From Sporopachydermia quercuum (lineage: Eukaryota): a stretch of DNA of 64,000 nucleotides. Made by a program: the position numbers and the translations under genes. Below, piece after piece: positions 45,771 through 59,518 of this stretch (the stretch's first letter is position 1; every line of letters starts with the position of its first letter). The notes under the pieces were generated by a model. That model searched no databases, was not told where the DNA came from, and was given only the letters and a program-made list of their open reading frames with translations. The stretch lies in contig BCGN01000003.1 in NCBI GenBank assembly GCA_001599295.1, forward strand, positions 620,001 to 684,000, given 5' to 3'.

Positions 45771-48700
45771 ATGACTGAGAAATCATCCATTTCCGAATCC
45801 TTTAGTAAAGGTATTGGGAAAATGAAAGAATACAACGAGAAAGCAAAAGAAAAAAGCAAATCAAAATACTCGAAAACATCAACTCGTATGTATTTTTACT
45901 ATTTTTGTTTGATTTGATGTTGAAAGACTAGAAAGAAATGTTTCGTTGATGGGAACAAATGTAATGCCGTGCTGCATTCTGGCGTACTTATCAGAGCAGA
46001 ACGACTTGTAACCAGCTTTTGTTTTATGTTGACATTTTATTCAGTTCCTTACAAATACTAACTAGCAAAATATCACTAGATGCTCCGCCGGAGATAAACG
46101 TTCGACCGTTGAATGAGCTTACTGACCCTCACGCTTTTGCTCCCCCGCCGAAACGAACTGGTACAGCTGTGGACCCGTCAACCGTACCACGAAGTGCTTT
46201 ATTTCAGTCTTCTACACCCATTGCGCCAGGGCCAGGTACGCAAGGCACACCGATTGCTCCAGCAGTTCCTGTTTATAATTATAATTATGGTCAACCAGTA
46301 GGTGTGCCAGTCGGAACAAGTGTTCTTCAGTCAGTGAGTACACCAGCATNTCANTACGCAGGTCAACCGAACGCTGCGCCGGGAGCAGTCGCAGCTCCGG
46401 TGGCCCCATCAACAGCTCCCTCATACGGNTATCCTGGACAAACCACTATTCCACCTGCTGCACCTCCAACAGCAGCGGCAGTGCCTCCAACCCAAACAGT
46501 CACTCCAACATTTAGGTTCCCAGGCCAGAATCAACCGCCGGCAACTATTCCAGCTCCAGCTCCAGCTGCACCAGCATATCAACAANACCCTGCAGCCGCA
46601 GCCAAGACTGGAGATCTGCCAGCACCACCAGCACGAGTACCTGTCACTACTTCTGTAGCTGCACCTCAGCTTGGTGTGCCACCACCTGCATACCAACCGC
46701 CAGCGACAGATCCATCTGCACCATTAAGCTACGAGCATCCCTATTATACTCCACCAGGAAGCGTACCTGCTCAGTCACCAATAACTGCGGCAGCAACAGC
46801 ACCAGCCCCATCAGGATATACGCCTCCCGCTGGTGCAGTACCTCTCCCTGGTTATGGAGCGACCAACCCCGTGGCACCTGCTACTGCAGCGCCTAGTAGT
46901 GCCGCCGCAGCGTATCCCTTTCAAACTGCCCCTGCACTTGATGCTGCTCAACCCCAACAACCAGTTTATGACAATATTCCTCTTGCTGCGCCACAGTCTT
47001 CTGTTCCATTCTCGTCTCAGCGTTCAATGGGTATGCCTCAATTGCCTACTCGAGATTCCGGTAATCCATCTGTTTCTAACGTTGCTGTTGGTTCAACCAC
47101 AGCCACACAATCGTCGACTCCGTCTCCGTCTCTTGGCTTTGGAGTAGTGGACATAAACGCTTTAGAAGAAGAACGGAAAGTCCGCCGTACACCTCTTGCT
47201 GATCCATCTACATTTGCTCCTCCCCCACCTATGTTCCGCGCTCCAAGTGAAAAAGAACCGGAAAGACCAAAATATGGACAACCGAAACGGACTACATCTG
47301 TAACACCCAGTGGACCTGCAAGCACAAATGGTAGTAACAGTATTGCTGGTAACGGGGAAACTGGTCCCAGGGACAATGAGGCTCAGCTGCCGATGCTGAA
47401 TCCGAACTTGCCACCAGTAAGCAGTTTGCCGCCACCACCCAAGCCCCCTTCTTCCTTTTTAGAGGCCGCTAAGGTTAAAGCAGCGGAGGAAGAGGCTAGA
47501 CGAATTACTCGAATGGGAAGTAGGCAACCAGGCCGAGAAACTACTAGCAATGTTACTCTTGGTACTGCACCACCGCATATGCCTCCCAGGACTAATATTG
47601 CTACTATTCCACCCGTGGGCTTTGTTCCTGGCCGAAGGGAGTCAAATGGCACTGCCGCTGCTCTCCCACGACCGGTATTGGATCCAAAANCGTTTGCACC
47701 ACCACCAAGAGCGCCCACTTTGAACAAGACTTCTTCGGCAGCTGCAACAGCTGCTCCGCCTGTGTCTACTGCTTCTACAACTGAAGCTGAAGACTATGCA
47801 TCTATACCTCCTCCAGGATCACCGCCACCTGCAGATGAGTATAGTGCTGAGCCACCTATAACTGATAATAGCATAATGGATGCTCGGAATGTACAACCTG
47901 CACCACCATCTCAACCAGGATTTCAATTGCCTGCTTTGGATTCGGTACATTTGAGATCCACGAAGACCACTGTTGCTTCACCAATTGATAAAAAAAAACC
48001 TGCGCCACCACCCGTTAAAGCTAAACCCAAAACCTTAACTAACAAGGTGAATTCAGCTCCAGGTAGCAAAGGAACCTTGGGAATGAACATCCACGATTTA
48101 GATAGTGCTGTAGCACCTGCCAAGCCACTGAGGCCAGTCGACCACGAAGAAACTGCNCCTCCAAAGCCTCAAAGACCAGTCACCTCTGGAAAAGAACTTG
48201 TCCCTCCTAAGCCATTGAGACCGAAACGCAATGTGGCAACTGTCCCAACAGAAGGAATTACCTCGGAGTTGGAGGAAAGAATGAAACGCTTGGCTTTCCA
48301 TGAAAATNCGGAGGAGAAACCAACTGTGGCAGCANTACATATAGTGCCTGAGCCACATGGCGCCTTTGAACCAAAGAAGAAGCCTGCTCCACCACCAGTA
48401 AAGCCAAAAAATATCAGCATCGAATTACCACAAGAAAAAGAAGAAGAGTCTGAATTGGAAAAGAAATTGAGGCTTAGAAGGTTGAAGGATTCTGAGCTGA
48501 ATGCGCATGAAGCACCATTTTCCCCTTCAAGCTCAACAGCAACGTGGACATCATCCAACTTTAAAGCCTCTTCTATACCTATAATAATGCCTCAGCCATA
48601 TTCGTCCCTACATGCTAAGCCGCAGTTACAACCAAAACCAGCTGCTCCTATTCCAAGAAAGACTAGTGCTTCTCCCATTTTGACACCCGAGTCACATGCT

Positions 48701-49615
48701 CTGCCACATGCTCACTCACACGCTCAGTCCCAGGGACAACCACCAGCTTTAAAAATGAGTTCCAAGCCTCCACCAGTACCGAAACCTAGAATAGAAGAAG
48801 ATGCTTGGAAGCCTATGGAAATAGACTATAAATTTGATTCATTATGGTTTCTTGGCTCAAGTATTCCCTCCTCTTTCCAGTACGGTAAGTGCTTATTCAC
48901 CGAATCACGAACAAACAACCAGATTGTGAAAATCATTGTTATGCAAATGAAAGAGGATCTTTCTATCATCAAGTTGAAACTCCAGTGGCCCAGCAATGTC
49001 CAAGGATCAGAAGTTCTTAATGATTTATCTGTTGAACGAGTTGATATTCCACCCCCAGCAGTTCCAAGTACTGATGTGCTTCAGGAAGAGTGGAGAAAGT
49101 ACGGTAATAAAGTTGCTGCATGGGGTGAAAGTCAATATAAGCAGCAAGTTGGTGATGGTGAATGTTGGACGTTAGCCAAAGAAGCAGTTGAGAAAGGTAC
49201 CAACGATGAAGCATTAAGTGGCTTCTTAGCTCATGGATGTTTGATATATGAAGTAGAAAGTGGTAAAGTGAAGGTGCCATTACGAGATAATTTGCGCCGT
49301 GGTGATATCATTCAAATGTGGCAATGTAAATTCGAGAAAAATGAAGGTGGTATAAGCAGTAGAAGTGAAATGGGAATGCCACGACACACAGCAATTATTA
49401 TAGCCGTAGGAGGGTTTGAGAGTTCTGAGAAAGGAGCCGGCTCAACGGCGTTGATTGATGAGACAGTATCTACAATTCATCAGAATTCTAANGGTAATCG
49501 TACTGTCCATCGTAATGATATTGAGTTGAAGGATATGGTGAGTGGAAACATGAAGTTTTACCGGGTTATGAGTAAATCATGGGCAGGTGGTGATTTGAAA
49601 GGAAATTGGCCATGA
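45771..49615 (+). CDS. AIM3: Aim3-like proline-rich actin-patch protein with a C-terminal BBC1/AIM3-type cysteine-proteinase (CHAP/NlpC-like) fold. Exons 45771-45885, 46080-49615; 1216 aa
   Basis: Intron GTATGT (45886)..TACTAAC (46056)..TAG (46079) restores the frame. Repeated DPxxFAPPP motifs, KKKPAPPPVK twice, C-terminal VGDGECWTLA / GDIIQ / HTAII / HQN. Lies between IML3 and CMD1. Confidence 0.75.
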
Positions 49616-50094
49616 TGATATAGTTCTGTTTCTTGTTCTAAGTGGACGTTAGTTGTAAGAATATAGAAACATCGAATGGTAATTCATACAATACACAACT
49701 GATAGTTTGCTCAAGACACTATAGAAATCGTAAAAGTAAAGGTATAGATAAAACAAATACTACTAGCCGTAATAGCATTTCCAATGGTAAAATATAGCAC
49801 AATTCTTCAAAAGTAGGAGACAATAGACAAACAGATGATAATACCAAAGATACGGAGTAGGGGAAATAATAAGTATATCGAAAAAACTCGATACAGAATA
49901 TATCAATTAAGATACTAAAATAACTAAATCATCAAATGGCAATCGCATGAGTATATTACGATTTCCTTCAGTTTTAACTTCGAGCTAGTCAACGGAAATA
50001 CAGGTGCTTATAGTCCACAATAATTCATGTTGTTGATTTTCCTTTGGTGAAATCGGGAGACTTCCATTTTAACTTCCAACCTACATCAATTAGT

Positions 50095-50770
50095 TTATTT
50101 TGCGGCCAAAAGCTGGGAAAATTCGTTATAATCAATTTCACCATCACCATTGACATCAGCTTCTTTAATCATTTCAGAAACTTCTGCATCAGTTAACTTT
50201 TCCCCAATTGAGGTGAGAACGTGTCTTAATTCTGTCGCTGAGATCTTTCCATCTCCATTTCTATCAAATACTTTAAAAGCTTCTCTTAATTCAGCTTCTG
50301 AATCTACATCTTTCATTTTTCGAGCCATCATAGTGAGAAATTCAGGAAAGTCGATGTGTCCGTCGTTGTTAATATCTACTTCATTAATCATATCGGTTAA
50401 TTCGGATTCTGATGGGTTCTGTCCCAAAGATCTCATCACTGTTCCTAATTCCTTGGTATCAATCCTTCCTGTGAAAACTTGTTAGAGATTTTTAACTATT
50501 TTGATAGAATTTGCTTGGAAGAGCGATTATTTTGATATCTTATTCGCTTGCCTCAGCTTCACTTCAGGAATTATCCTACTTACCATCATTGTCCTTATCG
50601 AATAAGGAGAAAGCTTCCTTGAATTCGGCAATTTGTTCGTCAGATAACTTTTCAGCCTAAATATTTGAGACAAATAATAGTTAGATCACCAATAAATTCC
50701 GAATAATAATCGTCAACAACGATTCCTTATCTCCAAAACATTGTCAACCAACATGACAATCACATACCAT
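50095..50770 (-). CDS. CMD1: Calmodulin, 149 aa. Exons 50770-50768 (ATG only), 50656-50584, 50468-50095
   Basis: Spliced product [44 protein letters not shown]...AAK. Introns GTATGT..ATCTAAC..TAG and GTAAGT..CTCTAAC..CAG. Confidence 0.97.
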
Positions 50771-52741
50771 TGTTGATATAGGTTGATCGAATTCTCTTTG
50801 ATAGATAACAATAATATTACTATCTAAGGTAGCAATAAGTCAGTTATTCTTCACAAGATACCAAATCAATTTACACGTATTTTCGCGATAATATCAGTGA
50901 TATGGTATCAGTGAAAACTCTTGTGAAAACTCTTGAAAGTCAGTAAACCATACAAGCACCAACAAACAAAACAATCAATAAAAAGGAAAAGAACGTAATG
51001 GCGTCTGTTTTTCAATCAATTGCCAGGTAGCAAGATATGGATGGGTAATAAGACACCTACCTTAACCCTATTTGGCATAATTTCTTATTTTAGAATTACT
51101 TGCAGCAAGGTGTTGAGTTAACAAGTAGGCATTAAATAAAGTGACATTCAAAGGACNTTTATCTCAAAATCTTTTCGAAAAGAGAAAAACTAGTGCTGAG
51201 GATAGTAAATACTGGTAGTAAAAGAACACAAAGAAATGTGCGAAAGTAATGTGCGAAGGTAATTGTATTTGTAGTTACTGTATTTGTGTATATTCTCTAT
51301 ATATATTCGTGTTGATAGATGGAAAATGTTGTAGTTGTGTTGTTGTATAACAAATTGTTCAGCCAGTTTCAATTAATTCTATTGATTAGTATGATCTTGA
51401 TTTATTTGACACATCGATATGATAGTCCTTATGGACAGATGGGATAAAAATGTTACATTTATTTATATCGGTCATTCAGCTCCAGAACAGATAAGCTATA
51501 AGATTAAAGTTAGGCTTCTTGAATTTGGTAAGCTTTTACAACTTTATTTACAGAGTATGGTTACCATTGTTTCTGGGGAATTACTTCACAAGAAGGAAAA
51601 GAAATAAATCGAGAAGCAGCAAAAATAATCATTCAATGTGTGATTGAAATATTAGCCAAAATGTTAAAAATGACTTATTAACTAGTTTATATTATAGATT
51701 TTATGCACCAACAGGGGAGGTTGTCAGAGAAAATCCAGCGTTTCATTCATCATGTCAACCGTGCAATAAGAACAGCAAACCTTTGTTTTCTGTTGTGAAG
51801 CGGCAAAGATATAATTAAGACATAAATAATAGCAGCGTTTGGCTCTTTTTAAATAATGAAATTAAATGCTTAGTATTTAACTAATGTTCCATTCTTGTGT
51901 TTTTCTTCATTTCTCACCATGAGGTTTAGTACATCATGATATTAAGTTTATTTGTAAGAAGAAACATGAAGATAGATAAACCTTAGTGAAAACGTTTGTG
52001 AAGATATTTTAAACTTATTTCCCATGATACAAGGATTCAATTTACACTCTTTTATGGCGCATGTAGCGAGATTCAAAGGTCATAATATGTAAAATATTAT
52101 AAGTAAAATATCATGACGTAACGATATCCCTGGAGAATGACTCATTAAGGAGTCTATACTTGCATAAATATACAGATTAATTGCATCACGATTGAACTCT
52201 ATTTCAATTAGACTTAGATCTAATAAGTCCACTGTTATTCTTACGATACTGTAAACCAAAATATTATAATCAGTACTTTAACAGTTTTTTCAAACCTCAA
52301 ATTTTACCAGAATTTTGGTATTTCCTCCAGAAGTGCTAAATTTCTTCATCAAATTATCTTCTTCGTTTCCATATCATGAAAATCCCTCAGGTTCTGATTA
52401 TTTCCCATACTATGTCCCATATCAGCTATCCCATATCAGATATTAATATTTCTTCTTCCCAACATAATCACATGAACAGCTCATCGTCAATTTTAATATT
52501 ACAATGAAATTATATCAATTGCTTTACTTTCTACTTATATTTTCTCTTTTTATGATGCAATTTAATCACTCTTCCACAAACGTATCAACTACCTCAAACG
52601 AATTTTTGGTGAAAGGTATCTTGTGAACATTGTTTATATTTCGTATGAATTCTCAATCACAAAGTCTTCTCCATAGTACACACATAACCTTCCTCATACT
52701 ATACAGGTTTGCCTTATTTATCAACAGACATCTCATCTACC

Positions 52742-54226
52742 ATGAACAACATATGGATTATCGCTATATTTGTAGCGTTATATATTGCTTTTCCTCTAAC
52801 AATAATGCTACTTAAACTGGTATCAAGGTCAAGAGGCAAAAACTTACCTTCTCCAAGAGCTATACTGGTAGTACTGGGAGATATAGGCAGATCACCTAGA
52901 ATGATGTATCATGCTAGATCTCTAGTTCAAAATGGGATCCATGTTGATTTCCTAGGCTATGAAAATAGTGAACCTCCTTTACTTGAGCTACAAGACAATT
53001 CACGGGTTAATTTCCATTATATTCCTCAAACAACTCGGGGACCAAGCGAAGGGTTCATTTTGTTTGCTATAAGGAAGATAATACTCCAGCATTACTATCT
53101 GTTCAAATTATTATACCCCTTGAGGAATGCTGAGTATATCTTAGTCCAAAATCCTCCTTCTATTCCTTTATTAGGTGTGATCCAAGTGTACAGATTGTTT
53201 ATTTCCAATTCTTCTAGGCTAATAATTGATTGGCATAATTTTGGATACTCAGTGCTAGGAGTGAAAATAGGTTCTAAGCACCCTTTAACCAANTTAGCAT
53301 ATTTATATGAGATGATATTTGGTAAAACTGCATTTTTACACCTTACCGTTACAGTTTCCATGGGCCAGACATTGAGAGAGCGTTTTGGTATATCAGGAAG
53401 ACGTCTGATTCCACTATATGATAGACCTGCTGAACAATTCAAACCTTTGGATCTACTAAGCAAACTGGCAGTATTCAAATCAGAGAAGTTTGCCCATATT
53501 TTCAAGAATTTCGACCCTGACAACGATAAATTATTAGTGACTTCTACCAGCTATACACCTGATGAAGATTTAAATGTTCTATTATCGGCTTTAGAAGTTT
53601 ATGATAGTAAGAAGGAAACGTTCATTCGGAATAGAGGCAACAATGTACAGAATAATAAATCTATACCTAATATTCTATGCTTAGTCACTGGAAAAGGACC
53701 AATGAAAGATGAATTTGAAGCTAAGGTCAAAGAAAAACAGTTTCAACATGTTCAAATCAAAACCGTTTGGCTGGAAATCAATGATTATCCTCTTATATTA
53801 GCATCCGCTCATTTAGGTATATCTTTACATGATTCGACATCCGGTGTTGATTTGCCCATGAAAGTTGTTGATATGTTTGGCTGTGGTGTTCCTGTCGTTG
53901 CATTAACATTTCCTGCTTTACCAGAGTTAGTCAAGGATAACGAAAATGGTATTGTTGTTATTAACACTAGAAAGGTTGTTAAAGGAATGTCTGTATTGGA
54001 TTCTGATGTTGTCGGATTGGAAATGGCTAGTGCTATAAGCAATATATTGACTGATGATAAGCTATATGCCAAGATTAAGACTGGAGCATTAGTTGAGAGT
54101 AAATCACGTTGGGAAGAGAATTGGAATACGAAGGTTGGACCGATTTTTGGTATTGGTCAATATGAGCATGGATCATCATTTACTAGCAGCAGTAGCAGTG
54201 AAGACGAGAATGAAGGTAAGAGATAG
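52742..54226 (+). CDS. ALG1: Chitobiosyldiphosphodolichol beta-1,4-mannosyltransferase, 494 aa
   Basis: N-terminal TM, VLGDIGRSPRMMYHA, QNPPSIP, IDWHNFGYS, STSYTPDED, TSGVDLPMKVVDMFGCG. Confidence 0.96.
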   Translation: MNNIWIIAIFVALYIAFPLTIMLLKLVSRSRGKNLPSPRAILVVLGDIGRSPRMMYHARSLVQNGIHVDFLGYENSEPPLLELQDNSRVNFHYIPQTTRGPSEGFILFAIRKIILQHYYLFKLLYPLRNAEYILVQNPPSIPLLGVIQVYRLFISNSSRLIIDWHNFGYSVLGVKIGSKHPLTXLAYLYEMIFGKTAFLHLTVTVSMGQTLRERFGISGRRLIPLYDRPAEQFKPLDLLSKLAVFKSEKFAHIFKNFDPDNDKLLVTSTSYTPDEDLNVLLSALEVYDSKKETFIRNRGNNVQNNKSIPNILCLVTGKGPMKDEFEAKVKEKQFQHVQIKTVWLEINDYPLILASAHLGISLHDSTSGVDLPMKVVDMFGCGVPVVALTFPALPELVKDNENGIVVINTRKVVKGMSVLDSDVVGLEMASAISNILTDDKLYAKIKTGALVESKSRWEENWNTKVGPIFGIGQYEHGSSFTSSSSSEDENEGKR

Positions 54227-54291
54227 ATGAGAAAATGAGGTAAACATGAATAAATATGCCGTTTTACTATTATCATTTCTAAGTCTTTTCC

Positions 54292-55857
54292 CTATTCTTC
54301 CCTTTCTATCCTGCTCAACAGAATCCTTCTCAATTCCTGTAAATATTCTTCTGTATTCTCATCATCCATCTTCCTAACATCTTCCTCTCCCCAAAACTTT
54401 ATTCCATTTTTCATGTAATCATCTATATACTTATTCATAGGTATATAGCCATCATCTAATTCTTCAAACACATTTTCACGATTAATCATTAAAGCTGTTA
54501 AATAGGTCCAACATTTTGCAGTATGAATTATATTATAGCCTCCGCCTCCAAGTATCACCATTGGTTTATTCCATGTCATAAATCTTCTAATTGCTTTCCC
54601 ATATGCTTTATATGACAAATTCCAAGCCCTGTTACTATCAAATGCCAGTCCATCCACACCACATTGAATTATTAATGCATCTGGTTTGAACCATTGGTAG
54701 TAGGCTTCAATTATCTCAGTAATAATATATTCGAAATGATCATCATTCAGACCTTGTTTCAACGGTATGTTCACCGAGTAGTTTTTTCCTAATCCTTTAC
54801 CAATAGAATTAACATTACCGGTTCCAGGATAAAATCCAGTATCATATTTATGTAAAGAGCATGTTAAAACATTGCGAGAGAATTGGAAAGCAGATTCTGT
54901 GCCATCACTATGATGTAGATCTAAATCTATGTACATGATCTTGTTGAAATATTTCCTGAGGTGTAGAATAGCCAGCACTGCGTCATTTATATAGCAAAAA
55001 CCAGCAGATTTATTTCTTTTTGCGTGGTGTCTTCCTCCGTCCCAATTGATAGCAATTGGTGATAGCTGGATTGTGACAGGATCGGTAGGATTTGCAGCAT
55101 TGGAAGCAATGGGATTGACGATGGTTTCAATTGTTTTATTGTTTGAAAGTTTAGTATTATTTCCCTTGGTATCATCAATAAGCCCATTGCTTTGATTGTT
55201 GATCTGATCATTGTTAGCCTGGTACATTGTGGCATGATCATTACTCGTATTGCTGTTATTTCTATCATTATCATTATAATTATCAGCACTACCATTTTTA
55301 TCACCGTTCTCATTGCCAAGTCCTCCAATTACATCCTTTCTATCATCAGCATCATGTCCTTTCTTTACAGTTTCATACCATTTGATTATAAACTGACACG
55401 CAGTGATAGTTGCTCCTCCAACTGCTTGAATGTACTTATCAACACCTGGAAACAGTGGACAATCATCAATTAATCCAAACTTCTCTAAAACCTCTATTGA
55501 GGGTGAATTGAATATACTAAAATCCTGAACACCATCAGGCGCTCTAACTAATCTATTTGCTTCCTTATTCTCATCTTCAATTCTACTANTATTTTCCTCG
55601 TCCGACTCATATTCTCTATCAATATTATCTCCAAATAGTAAACGCACCAATTCCTTATTATGAAATGACTCGATCTGATTTCTAGATAAATAACGTGCAG
55701 GATAAGCAATCAATCCTGAAGATTTTCCCTTACTACTGAATAGATTGTATCCACGAATCAACTCATCAACATAGCTACTTCTATTGACATTTGATGGTAA
55801 TAAATCAAGTACTTCGCTCAGTTCTGGATAGCAAACATAACCAACTGGATGTGTCAT
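54292..55857 (-). CDS. HOS1: Class I histone deacetylase, Hos1-like, 521 aa, with an Asn-rich insertion
   Basis: LDLLPSN..RSS, FGLIDDCPLF, AINWDGGRHHA..GFCYIND, YIDLDLHHSDG, GFYPGTG, QCGVDGL, LGGGGY. Next to SPE3, as in S. cerevisiae. Confidence 0.88.
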   Translation of the reverse strand: MTHPVGYVCYPELSEVLDLLPSNVNRSSYVDELIRGYNLFSSKGKSSGLIAYPARYLSRNQIESFHNKELVRLLFGDNIDREYESDEENXSRIEDENKEANRLVRAPDGVQDFSIFNSPSIEVLEKFGLIDDCPLFPGVDKYIQAVGGATITACQFIIKWYETVKKGHDADDRKDVIGGLGNENGDKNGSADNYNDNDRNNSNTSNDHATMYQANNDQINNQSNGLIDDTKGNNTKLSNNKTIETIVNPIASNAANPTDPVTIQLSPIAINWDGGRHHAKRNKSAGFCYINDAVLAILHLRKYFNKIMYIDLDLHHSDGTESAFQFSRNVLTCSLHKYDTGFYPGTGNVNSIGKGLGKNYSVNIPLKQGLNDDHFEYIITEIIEAYYQWFKPDALIIQCGVDGLAFDSNRAWNLSYKAYGKAIRRFMTWNKPMVILGGGGYNIIHTAKCWTYLTALMINRENVFEELDDGYIPMNKYIDDYMKNGIKFWGEEDVRKMDDENTEEYLQELRRILLSRIEREE

Positions 55858-57561
55858 TATCAGGAATAAGATGAGAAAATAATAATAATGATAATAAAAG
55901 TAGTTGAGTCCTGTCTGTTGTTCTTTGGTTATTTCACGATATAAATGGAGATTCAATTAGGTTCAATGACCATTTTACTGTTTTACTCAATTGCGTGCAC
56001 ATCAGTGATGATTGTTCCACTGGATAGAAACTAAGAACTGTTTAGAAAGAAAGCAGAAAGCAGAACGTTTATGCTAACACAGAAAAATACAAATAGCTTT
56101 TCAGTGGAAAAAGGTGTTTATTGAAAATGTGCTGATTTGTTTGAATATTTGCCTAAATTGCTATATTCTTCTGTCTCTTNGTGTTAATAACTGATCTCAA
56201 TGAATGAGTTTTGGATCACAACAGACGGAGTCAATTAATTGTTTCAACCAACCAGCAGAATCACCAGACTCTAAAAATAAAATTAATATTGCTTCTAATA
56301 TTTCTGTTTACTCAAGAAATATATAAATTGATTTCAATTAATTTCTCTCAAATGAATAACGATGTAACTACATAACTAGAAAACGAATTGACTTTAACAT
56401 AGTAATATACCTAATGAATCAATACCTTAATCGAAGAGCAGCAAAATAATCAAACAAACAATCATAACAAGAAGAAGAAGAATCCGAGAAATAAAGCTTT
56501 AATAATTAATTATGATAAATCATTAAATCTCCATCAAATAATTGAATATCCTCTTTTTTTTTACAAGTTAGGGTTTCTTTATGGTACTTCTAGGCCCGTT
56601 CGAGAGGAGAAATGACTTGGGGAGAAAACTCATGCGATAAGAAAAAGCTCGAGAAGGAAAGCGAAAGTGAAAATAAATTTAAACCTTTCAATGAAAAGAA
56701 AAGCGTTTGCTGAAACTGGATTTTCATGACGAACTTCAATGTTGTTACTAGTATGTATTAGATTTGAATGTTTCACAGTTATTAGAAGAGAACTATACAT
56801 ACCAGGAAACATGGAAATGAAATGAGAACTGATTGCCTNGTTAGTTGATCATTGATTGAGAAGCTGTTTGTTCGAAGGAAAAAAAGGATAAAATGAAACA
56901 TTGGCCATTTATTGGGATCTGCTGTGTAATTTGATCGAAATGACATAATTGCTATTGGTTTCAGACATTTAAATAATTGGTGCAGATGGTGATGCTAATT
57001 ATCTGGATTCAGCTACTGGTTGATCATTTATAGCAACAGGACAATAAAATAAGCGACTGAATAAAGCAGATGATGCTCCAAGAAATATCAAAGCGAACTC
57101 TTTTGTTTGCAGATTAGTAGGTCTTTATTGATTTATTCATTTGCAGAAAAGAGATAAGTATCAAAAAGGTATTATCACTTCACGTAATGCTTCTACTTCA
57201 CCTGTAAGGTCTTGTTGTAGCATCAGGGAGGAAAACAATCTCTAAGGCTCTCATTTCTCTTAGATTTAGCCTAGCGATGTAGTAATTGAAAGAAAGCAAA
57301 GCAGAATTTACTTTTTTCTGTTGGTCGTTCTTTGTTGATAGAGCACAGCATCACTAGTCCCTAAGTCATAGGTTATCACTTGTGGTCATTTCATGGTACA
57401 TTCCAGACGTTNCCTATGACCCATCTGACGAGTCAGCTATAATGACAAACTATTTCCTTCTCGTCTACAGCGTGCCAATGAATTTCATATTAAATACATG
57501 TTATTAAACTATTTAGCATTAGCATAGAACATTAATATCACCAGCTATGAAAATTAATGAT

Positions 57562-58648
<1,087 letters not shown>

Positions 58649-58817
58649 GTTCAAATGATAAGATCTCGTAATATTACGACAAATACAATTATTGTACATC
58701 CAAAAAGATTGTTTCAATTGTTTGAAAATACTCATAGATAGCTATTCAATTCATTCATTTTCTCATTTCATAATAAATGAAGAATGCTTCTCCTTCAAAT
58801 ATGATTGCATTTTCCGT

Positions 58818-58827
58818 AAAATTTTCA
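58818..58827 (-). promoter_or_regulatory. Candidate RRPE element (TGAAAATTTT) upstream of SPE3
   Basis: Consensus match 170 bp upstream of the ATG. AT-rich motif, so chance is not excluded. Confidence 0.3.
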
Positions 58828-59518
58828 TTATTGTCATCTTTTTTTCCATTTGCCGGATTTGTCATGCAAATTGGACACACGTAAAGGGAAATCCTGACAA
58901 TATCAAGGCAAAAAAATTATTTGTATGCGATTTCTAGGATTCTGGTGTTGTCAACTTGGACATGTGGATGAAAAAAGAGCATGTCTCAAATAAGAATGTG
59001 ACATTAAATTTTAAGCGAGACAAGATGCTTGAAAAGGAAAAGGCGCTTAACAGAAGGGAGAAAAGGTTAGGATATGAAACGGAGAATATGGAATGGGATC
59101 TCTTCCGAAGTTACCAATAGATGGTATTGTTGGTGANTTGATTCGGACATTTTGTTTTAGGACAGTATGGTTTTGGGACACTTAGCTTGGACAAATTATA
59201 TACTATGTAAATTCTTACATATTGGCATAATCCCTTGCGCTATATACTTCTGNTATATAACTGCATGTAAATATGAATAAAGGTAAAAGGATTATCTGAT
59301 CCTATTTATATTGTTGATTATCTTTTTTATAATTATATCAGATTGTNAATGAGGGGATTTTCCCCGCTTGCTTGTAGTAAAACATTTATCCTGACATTTA
59401 TTGGTTAGAAATGTTTCATCTCGGAACAATCTTGTATGTACGACAGGTTTTACAGTTGGAGCTGACTGAAGATAATATTTGATAACTCATAGTATTCGTA
59501 AAGAGTATGTAAACGTAA

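Noticed and set aside
46113..48558. Many 60-130 aa ORFs inside AIM3
   Set aside because: Shadow ORFs from GC-rich Pro/Ala codons.
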